This document shows, one piece after another, positions 57,806 through 64,000 of a stretch of 64,000 nt of DNA. Within the stretch, counting starts at the first letter, position 1. Each line of letters begins with the position of its first letter. The notes beneath the pieces were generated by a model. That model was not told the DNA's origin. It made no database searches and saw only the letters and a list, made by a program, of their open reading frames with translations. The position numbers were made by a program, and so were the translations under genes. This DNA comes from an uncultured virus (IMG/VR IMGVR_UViG_3300030106_002045) (Duplodnaviria > Heunggongvirae > Uroviricota > Caudoviricetes), in the IMG/VR virus record IMGVR_UViG_3300030106_002045, one strand, 5' to 3'.

Positions 57806-57839
57806 GAACAAAGATAGAACACTCGTTCTCGTTTCGTTC
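57806..57839. promoter_or_regulatory. paired alphaproteobacterial LexA-type boxes
   Basis: GAAC-N7-GAAC (57806-57820) and GTTC-N7-GTTC (57825-57839). Confidence 0.55.
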
Positions 57840-58023
57840 TCTTTAAAATAAAGTAAACAAAATCGATAACGTAAAAAATAAAAAAATAAAATCTTTTAAT
57901 AAATAAAGTAACATAAGTATTATAATAAATTATTTATATCATTTTTATACGTTTTAATTTTAATTTATTAATTATTCTGTTTTGTCGGAAAAAGCTCTAT
58001 CCTTAATTTTTTTTATTTCACGT

Positions 58024-58124
58024 GATCCTTGCGGATCAGCCCTGATCAACTAGATACTAGGATCAAGCTGGATCATCTAGGCTCATGCCACAACAAGCAA
58101 CAGTCGCCTGCCACAACAAGCAAC
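58024..58124. repeat. phased GATC cluster and 16-bp direct repeat downstream of terS
   Basis: GATC at 58024, 58034, 58044, 58061 and 58071; tgccacaacaagcaac at 58086 and 58109. Confidence 0.7.
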
Positions 58125-58129
58125 CGCCG

Positions 58130-58579
58130 TCAATCTAGTTTATGTTCTGATTTGATTTGTTCTAGGTACTTGGCCAAAGCATCATCGTCCATGTTGTCTA
58201 GTGTTGAGTGCTGTACTTCCTTCTTTTCAACAAGGAACCCTAATAGCTGAGACTTCAACCTTATCGCATTGACTGCTGCTGTATATTGTTTCTTGCCACA
58301 AGCATCAACATACAGTTTATCTAGCTTTTCAACCTCTTTTGACACAGACTCACTGGTCAAGCGCCTAGTGTCAACACGCAATCTGTCTATATACTGGAGG
58401 ATTTTATCTTTCTTTAAGTTCCGGGCAGCTTGTACGTGAGCAGAAGTTTCAGAGTAACCTGCTTCAACAGCCGCTTGTCTCTTACCTTTTCCTTGCGCTA
58501 TACCCTCACAAAACTTTTTTTCCATTGAGGATAAAGTCGCTTCGTTGGTTTGATGTATTTGGTCAATAGTTATCGCCAT
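58130..58579 (-). CDS. terS: terminase small subunit
   Basis: L...EKKFC........QAA..AGYS..SA....ARNLK...I..YI, AA..A..L...LLG..VEKKE. Confidence 0.85.
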   Translation of the reverse strand: MAITIDQIHQTNEATLSSMEKKFCEGIAQGKGKRQAAVEAGYSETSAHVQAARNLKKDKILQYIDRLRVDTRRLTSESVSKEVEKLDKLYVDACGKKQYTAAVNAIRLKSQLLGFLVEKKEVQHSTLDNMDDDALAKYLEQIKSEHKLD

Positions 58580-58621
58580 ATTTATCCTAATATAGCGATT
58601 ATTTTATGATTGTAAATTGTA

Positions 58622-58903
58622 TTATAATCTCGATTTATGCCATGAAATTATATCTTTAACACCATGAAAATTTTTAAATTTAACATGCACACATCCTGTA
58701 TGTCCATCATCAATGTCAACAATAGTTTCGGGTACAACAGTTTGTTTACTATGGTAAACTGCTATGTTATAGCTTTCGTTTTTACCTCGACCTTGCAATC
58801 TGAAATCTTTTTCGTCTTGTTCAGTCATTACATAATCGCCATCAAGTATGCAATCTTCTACATATTTGTTTAACTTTTGTTTCATTATAGCTACAGGGTC
58901 CAT
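58622..58903 (-). CDS. hypothetical early protein
   Basis: 93 aa, AGAAAGGAG SD. Confidence 0.65.
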   Translation of the reverse strand: MDPVAIMKQKLNKYVEDCILDGDYVMTEQDEKDFRLQGRGKNESYNIAVYHSKQTVVPETIVDIDDGHTGCVHVKFKNFHGVKDIISWHKSRL

Positions 58904-58973
58904 TAGTTCTCCTTTCTATATTTATTTATAATTATAAATTATAGAAAGAAGAACAATATTAAACAATTATCGT

Positions 58974-59177
58974 TTATTGTAATCTAACTTTTATGTTGTA
59001 TTTGCTTAAATCTTCAGGGTAATCGTTGTACCCTGCTTTAACAACAATAGTGTTTTCTCTAAAGTCTGTAATGTAATCTTTTAACTCTTTATCAGTAACA
59101 CTACCCTCTTGATTTCTTCTTTCTGCACGTTCTAACCAAGTTTTTGCAACAACATCTGGTACTACTCTTTTGCTCAT
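58974..59177 (-). CDS. hypothetical early protein
   Basis: 67-aa ORF. Confidence 0.6.
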   Translation of the reverse strand: MSKRVVPDVVAKTWLERAERRNQEGSVTDKELKDYITDFRENTIVVKAGYNDYPEDLSKYNIKVRLQ

Positions 59178-59178
59178 A

Positions 59179-59406
59179 TTAACCTACCTGTTCTTGGATA
59201 GTAATAACCTCAACATCTACTTCTTTAACATTTTCTTGCTTACCAAGACCATCTGACATAACAGATAACTGTGTATGAAATGCTTGATAGATGTCGTGAA
59301 AAGTTTTACCGTAACAATAAGCAGTTATAAAGATTGTAGTATCTTGATAACCCTCTACTTTGCTGGTGTCTTTATAACGAATAACACCTTCACATTTTTT
59401 ACTCAT
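59179..59406 (-). CDS. hypothetical early protein
   Basis: 75 aa, AAGGAGG SD. Confidence 0.65.
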   Translation of the reverse strand: MSKKCEGVIRYKDTSKVEGYQDTTIFITAYCYGKTFHDIYQAFHTQLSVMSDGLGKQENVKEVDVEVITIQEQVG

Positions 59407-59471
59407 AAGCCTCCTTAGCTTTTAATTTATTTATAATTTTAAGATAAAGAATAGATTTCATTTAAATACAA

Positions 59472-59846
59472 TTAAAGAGTTCGAGCAACATATTTAGACC
59501 ATAATTCGTTTATATTGCTGTGCTCTATTAATTTTTCGTTATGAAAATCTACTTGCCAAATTTTAACCATCAGATCATTATATTTAAAATAAACGTCATA
59601 CCGATATGATAAATCTCCATGACGGTGAGGTCCTTCTGTTAGTCTAGCACCACCAGCTCTTCCATCTTTTGCTACATAACAAAAAGCAGCAGCAAATTCA
59701 TCAGCTTCAAATCGTGGAAATTGCCAAGCTGATTCTTTGGCTTTATTAATCATTTGTAAAGCATTAGCAGGGTAACCATCGTAGTGATAGTAAACACTAA
59801 ATGCACCATCTTTGTCTTTAAAAGTGTAACATGCTCTAGTTGACAT
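59472..59846 (-). CDS. conserved phage early protein (MSTR...Y.HYDGYP family)
   Basis: MSTRA, VYYHYDGYP, HGDL.YRY. Confidence 0.75.
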   Translation of the reverse strand: MSTRACYTFKDKDGAFSVYYHYDGYPANALQMINKAKESAWQFPRFEADEFAAAFCYVAKDGRAGGARLTEGPHRHGDLSYRYDVYFKYNDLMVKIWQVDFHNEKLIEHSNINELWSKYVARTL

Positions 59847-60090
59847 TGTTATCCTTTCTAAAAGATTCAGTTAATCTTTCTGATCTTTTTCTTTCTTCTC
59901 TTGCCTCTAGCCAGTTTATAATTGCAAGTAAAGTAACACCTACAAAGATAATAAATAAACCAGCTAATATTAATAACTCAAACAACATATCTTTCTCCTT
60001 TTTAAAGTGATAGCCGACCCTTTCGTTTGTTACATAGACACTTATTAATGTGCCAGCCTGCTATCACACTCCTTTCTTTCCTATAGGGTT

Positions 60091-60120
60091 ATAGCCACAA
60101 AGAATAAACTCTGTGGCTAT
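60091..60120 (-). terminator. stem-loop downstream of 60158..60523
   Basis: atagccaca...tgtggctat. Confidence 0.5.
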
Positions 60121-60157
60121 AATTATAGAATAAATTAAAATAATCATAGTTATACAA

Positions 60158-60523
60158 TTATTTTAAATCGTAAGTTGCTTTAGGCGTCTTATTAGGCGCA
60201 CCAGCAGCATCGATAACTTCGATTGCAATAAATCCACGTTCTCTATCCCAATCAAGATCAATAGTCTTTCCACCAGCCTTTAAAAATTCTCTAATTTTCA
60301 TGCCAGTTTTGTATAGACTAAATCTCTTGTATCCACCAGATCCTTCTCTTTTAGGATTTTTTGGAACTTTGATTTGGATTTTAGCATCTCTATCATACTT
60401 ATATGTACCCTTGAATTGTTTAGGATCCATAGCCTTACTTTTTACTTTAGCCTTAGGTTTAACTACTTCTGACTTTTTAGTCTTAGGAGTTACCTTAGGT
60501 TTTGTAGCCAAGTTAATAGACAT
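60158..60523 (-). CDS. paralogue of 1322..1687
   Basis: Near-identical core KGTYKYDRDA...NPKREGSGGYKRF...GGKTIDLDWDRERGFIA. Confidence 0.8.
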   Translation of the reverse strand: MSINLATKPKVTPKTKKSEVVKPKAKVKSKAMDPKQFKGTYKYDRDAKIQIKVPKNPKREGSGGYKRFSLYKTGMKIREFLKAGGKTIDLDWDRERGFIAIEVIDAAGAPNKTPKATYDLK

Positions 60524-60597
60524 AACACTTTCTCCTTTCTATATTTATTTTATATATTTACTATATAAGCAACCAATTATAAATTAAAACAATAAAA

Positions 60598-60828
60598 TTA
60601 AACCTTAGCTTTATTAGTGTGAGTAAATCCTTCTTTTTTAGCAGACTTAACTCCTGCTAATCTTTTATTATCATCAGATTTATTTTCTTTTTTACTAAAT
60701 TCATCAAAATTTTGGTCAAGCCAATTATCAAATTCAAGTCTATCAAAATCTTCATCAATGAGACCCATATCTTTAGCTTTATCAAAGTATTTATCGACAC
60801 CTTTATCTGTTTTAGGAAATTTAGCCAT
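60598..60828 (-). CDS. hypothetical protein present only in copy B
   Basis: 76-aa ORF inserted between the conserved element and the 60158 gene. Confidence 0.6.
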   Translation of the reverse strand: MAKFPKTDKGVDKYFDKAKDMGLIDEDFDRLEFDNWLDQNFDEFSKKENKSDDNKRLAGVKSAKKEGFTHTNKAKV

Positions 60829-60881
60829 AATTATTAATTTATACTATATATAAAAAATTAATAAATAAAATTAAACAAGAA

Positions 60882-60996
60882 AATCAACCTTGCGAGCAAC
60901 CTCGGGTATTGGCGGTATTGGCATAAAATAAGCTCCAATACCAGTTATTATCATTGGTATAATTGAATAGTAGTCGAAAAGGTATTGGTATTGGCT
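60882..60996. promoter_or_regulatory. GGTATTGG iteron-like element, copy B
   Basis: GGTATTGG at 60905, 60914, 60981 and 60987; CCAATACC at 60935. Confidence 0.55.
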
Positions 60997-61162
60997 CTTT
61001 TTATATTTTTTCATTTTATTTTTTTCAAAAATATTTTCCTTATTAGAATAACGTGAATAATATAATTAGCATAATTATTAAAAAAACAAAATCTTTAAAT
61101 ATAAATATCATGGAGATATTATCTTTTATACTATTATTTTAAAGGAAGTACAAGTATCTTAA

Positions 61163-61486
61163 TTATTCATTCCTATTTATTTCAAGTAAAGAAAGCACTC
61201 CAGAAACGGTATTTGCTACATTGGCAGTAAGAGATAATGTTTGACTTTCTTGAAGGATCAAAGGCGCATCAACAAGGTTACTATGAGTGTTAGAGCTTAT
61301 TTCTTCAATAGCAGTATTAAATGTATTTGTTAAATTATTTGAAGTTAATGTTACTAAAGTGTTAGCTCCGGAGTTAGTTATTTGAACACTTTTGATCAAT
61401 GCTCTACTATCAGATGGTGTTGTATAAATTAAATTAGCACCAGTGTTAGCTAAACTAAACATCTCATTTTTAAAAATATTTGCCAT
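61163..61486 (-). CDS. paralogue of 2030..2356
   Basis: MANIFKNEM..LANTGANL.YTTPSDSRALIK. Confidence 0.75.
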   Translation of the reverse strand: MANIFKNEMFSLANTGANLIYTTPSDSRALIKSVQITNSGANTLVTLTSNNLTNTFNTAIEEISSNTHSNLVDAPLILQESQTLSLTANVANTVSGVLSLLEINRNE

Positions 61487-61657
61487 TTATCCTCCTAAAA
61501 ACCAAGTCTTTCTTTCTTCTTCATTTGATTGATCTTCTTGAAAAGTTGAATTTAAAATTTTAATCATATCTTGCAAATCTTCAATAAGTTGATCAAAATC
61601 AATTTTATTGTAATTTTCAGGTGCAGTATTTAAACGTGACGTAGGTATCTTTGCCAT
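61487..61657 (-). CDS. paralogue of 2349..2519
   Basis: MAKIPTSRLN...DFDQLIEDLQDMIKILNST. Confidence 0.75.
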   Translation of the reverse strand: MAKIPTSRLNTAPENYNKIDFDQLIEDLQDMIKILNSTFQEDQSNEEERKTWFLGG

Positions 61658-61698
61658 AGCTTACACTATTCCAAATGTATACGAAAGTACAACAAAAA

Positions 61699-61863
61699 CT
61701 ATGTTTCTTGTTCTGTGTCCTTCTTAATATCTTGTGCAACTTCATTAATTTTTCTTTGAATTTGCACCATTTCAATTGTTACTGAGCCATTAGCTAGTAA
61801 TTCAGAAGCCCATTTGGCTTCAAGGTTTCGCTTCTGGTTCAGTTTTTGTTCCAGACTGCTCAT
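61699..61863 (-). CDS. paralogue of 2561..2728
   Basis: QKRNLEAKWASELLANGSVTIEMVQIQ. Confidence 0.7.
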   Translation of the reverse strand: MSSLEQKLNQKRNLEAKWASELLANGSVTIEMVQIQRKINEVAQDIKKDTEQET

Positions 61864-62041
61864 GCCATTCCTCCACAGTTAGTGTGTTCATTTCATTAGG
61901 TAGATAGTTAGTCATATCTTCCCATCTAAAAGTTGTGACTGGCTCATTCCAAAGAGCCGTGACAGCTTTATCTAAGTTATCGCTTTCAACTAGGCCTTTA
62001 GCATAGTATCCGTAGCGCCTAAATTGAAAAAACACTAACAT
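61820..62041 (-). CDS. paralogue of 2676..2918
   Basis: GLVESDNLD.A..ALWNE...FRWED. Confidence 0.7.
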   Translation of the reverse strand: MLVFFQFRRYGYYAKGLVESDNLDKAVTALWNEPVTTFRWEDMTNYLPNEMNTLTVEEWHEQSGTKTEPEAKP

Positions 62042-62080
62042 TTATGTTAGGGCTAACACATTTTTATCGTTTTGTAAAGG

Positions 62081-62614
62081 TTATTTATACCACTCAGGTA
62101 CTTGATTTTTCCATGTAGCAAACTCTTTCTTGTGAGCCATGTAAAAAGTTCTATAAGCTTCAACAGTATCTTCTTTTTTACACTCATCTGGCATACATTG
62201 AGGTGGTTGAGTAAAATTACCTATATCGATGTTTTTAGGAAATTGATAAATATGTTGAATTAATTTTTTATAAGTATCGTGGACTTTATCATATCTTTTA
62301 GTGTATTCTTTACAAAGAGCACACCACAAATGTAATAACCACCTATAATTATCTTTATTTAATCTACACCAAATAGCACATGGGTGATTATAATATGCTG
62401 CTTTATATAAAATATTTTCTTTTTCGTCAGGTAAAACCCAATATTTTACCATAGTTTTACCATTTACTGATAATCTAGTTTGTTCCTCGCCATCTAATAT
62501 TCTATGAGCAGTAGAGAGCAGTTGTGCGTATTCAACAATCATTTTAGTTACGTGTTTATCGCAATGATACTCGGCGCATTTATCAGTATGGAAGTCTAAA
62601 TAAAAAATATTCAT
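62081..62614 (-). CDS. pyrimidine-dimer DNA glycosylase-like protein, paralogue of 2940..3494
   Basis: HCDKHV.KMI.EYAQLLSTAHR. Confidence 0.7.
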   Translation of the reverse strand: MNIFYLDFHTDKCAEYHCDKHVTKMIVEYAQLLSTAHRILDGEEQTRLSVNGKTMVKYWVLPDEKENILYKAAYYNHPCAIWCRLNKDNYRWLLHLWCALCKEYTKRYDKVHDTYKKLIQHIYQFPKNIDIGNFTQPPQCMPDECKKEDTVEAYRTFYMAHKKEFATWKNQVPEWYK

Positions 62615-62708
62615 TTTCTTCTATTTATAATAAAATAAGCAATTAATAATCCAATAAATAAACAGCCAAGATTATAAAAAAACATAAGTAATCCAAATTC
62701 AAATGTAA

Positions 62709-63035
62709 TCATTTTAACAATCTATTTATTTCATCTCTTAATTCTCTCAACTTACAACGAACTTGATAATCTTTTTGATAATAATAAGCTGGATTATTTT
62801 GATCAAAGGTTTTAGTGTCTATATAAACTGCAAAATGCTCAGCATATTTAAGTGGTAAATTTTGACCATTGCCATGATATTTACGTGTACCACGACCTTT
62901 TACTCTTATCTTGTATCTATCTTTATTTAAAAATTGTCTTAATAAAGTTATGAAATATTTACCATTTTGAGTGTTAGGTATTTTATAAAAATAATGTACG
63001 AATGATTTTTGATTCTTTTTACTTCTAAATGTCAT
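62709..63035 (-). CDS. hypothetical protein
   Basis: Start set at MTFRSK after an AAGGAG SD; LNKDRY.IR.KGRG. Confidence 0.6.
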   Translation of the reverse strand: MTFRSKKNQKSFVHYFYKIPNTQNGKYFITLLRQFLNKDRYKIRVKGRGTRKYHGNGQNLPLKYAEHFAVYIDTKTFDQNNPAYYYQKDYQVRCKLRELRDEINRLLK

Positions 63036-63262
63036 TTTAAAACTCCTTTTTTTTCTTTTACATAGTCTTGTAGTTCTTGAAAACATTGTTCCATAAACCA
63101 ATCACTTAAATCACCACTATTTAATTTAATTGTTTTACCATTAGGATTTGTTAATTCAATTTTAACACTATCCCATTGCCACTCGTTATTGTGTCCGTTA
63201 TCTCGTTGTGTCATTTTATCCTTTCTAAGTCTTTCTGCGCTTGTCTTATAGTTTGATACCAT
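63032..63262 (-). CDS. hypothetical protein
   Basis: Probable start at MTQRD. Confidence 0.55.
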   Translation of the reverse strand: MVSNYKTSAERLRKDKMTQRDNGHNNEWQWDSVKIELTNPNGKTIKLNSGDLSDWFMEQCFQELQDYVKEKKGVLK

Positions 63263-63414
63263 CTACGTGTAAATGATATTTTATTTAATTTTCTAATCAA
63301 AGTCTTCAATTTTATTTTTCTAATTTTTTTATCACCCATTGTATAATAAACATTTACATCTGACACGGGTTTATCCATTACTTCTTTACTGAAATTTCTC
63401 TTTTTTATAATCAT
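63211..63414 (-). CDS. basic hypothetical protein
   Basis: 67-aa ORF. Confidence 0.55.
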   Translation of the reverse strand: MIIKKRNFSKEVMDKPVSDVNVYYTMGDKKIRKIKLKTLIRKLNKISFTRRWYQTIRQAQKDLERIK

Positions 63415-63420
63415 TCTAAA

Positions 63421-63624
63421 CTAACACACACATCCTATTAAATTACCACTACCATTATTCATTATATATAAATTTAATGATTCTATATAATTTGTTAATT
63501 TAATTCTTAAAATGTCACAAAGGTCAAAACAAGTTAAATCTTGTATTATTACAACATTTTCTAACATTTTTTTTGTAACAGGTATAAGTTTATATAAACC
63601 ATCATTATAAACTATTAAATTCAT
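63421..63624 (-). CDS. paralogue of 3839..4051
   Basis: CFDLCDILR.KLT.Y. Confidence 0.75.
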   Translation of the reverse strand: MNLIVYNDGLYKLIPVTKKMLENVVIIQDLTCFDLCDILRIKLTNYIESLNLYIMNNGSGNLIGCVC

Positions 63625-63705
63625 TAGAATAGAATTACACCAGTTATAAAACCTAAAATAAAAAATACTATCTCACGTCTATTATATAAAGACCATATAT
63701 CAAAT

Positions 63706-63984
63706 TTATTTTTGATCTTGCTCAAATAAGACATTACCTTTTTCGTCTGTAACTTTATAAACATTCTCAACCTCCCTATTAAGATCATCTTTATAAAAAG
63801 TATCTGAAACTGATTCTATACCATATTCTTCGATATAGTCAGAAACAATTACTTGTGCTGTATCGTTATCTTGACAAGCTTGTATAAAAGATTCCTTGTT
63901 TGCATTAAATTCTTTTTCATCGACTACATTTAATTCGATTTCGCAAGGAACTCTCATATTGAATTTAACTTTTAACTTCGTCAT
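63706..63984 (-). CDS. homologue of 670..945
   Basis: KVKF...VP.E.E, SDYIEEYG, DD.NREV. Confidence 0.75.
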   Translation of the reverse strand: MTKLKVKFNMRVPCEIELNVVDEKEFNANKESFIQACQDNDTAQVIVSDYIEEYGIESVSDTFYKDDLNREVENVYKVTDEKGNVLFEQDQK

Positions 63985-64000
63985 CTTCTAATACTCCTAT

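Larger units (their letters stand above)
60158..63624. repeat. diverged copy B of the early region at 1322..4051
   Basis: Same gene order as copy A, with different accessory insertions. Confidence 0.9.

Noticed and set aside
58086..58124. Mini CRISPR array
   Set aside because: Only two 16-bp repeats with a 7-bp spacer; no cas genes
1..64000. Most plus-strand ORFs in the track (e.g. 2665..2994, 33751..34158, 35194..35721, 45882..46322)
   Set aside because: They are antisense shadows of well-supported minus-strand genes, with no SD or motifs; only the SNF2 helicase is credible on the plus strand
1..64000. Alternative genetic code, tRNA genes, integrase or phage RNA polymerase
   Set aside because: Core genes are full-length under the standard code; no cloverleaf, recombinase or RNA polymerase motifs were recognised by eye

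Overview
The window is essentially one whole AT-rich (roughly 70% A+T by eye) tailed-phage genome of about 59 kb plus a few kb of overlap, with almost every gene on the minus strand. Its modules are small early genes, family A DNA polymerase/primase/helicases, lysis, podovirus-like ejection and tail proteins, capsid, portal and terminase. It resembles marine pelagiphage-like podoviruses. An alphaproteobacterial host is inferred, partly from two alphaproteobacterial LexA-type boxes. No integrase, RNA polymerase, tRNA or CRISPR array was recognised. Four things stand out. (1) A cytosine-hypermodification cassette flanks the polymerase: a dCMP-type thymidylate-synthase homologue, dNMP kinase, MazG-like pyrophosphatase, dCMP deaminase, GT-B-like transferase, UDP-sugar dehydrogenase, NadE and an atypical C5-methyltransferase. 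(2) An island of about 0.6-0.8 kb (57160-57986) has almost no C followed by A or C on either strand. Its single gene looks like a paralogue of an early gene recoded to lack P, G, W, C, H, Q and internal M, and even its Shine-Dalgarno has the GG broken. (3) The two ends of the window carry diverged copies of the same early region, and a 10-N scaffold gap lies at 32075-32084, so the contig may join two related genotypes. (4) A spacing-conserved GGTATTGG repeat element is a candidate replication origin. All product calls come from motif recognition by eye, not database searches.
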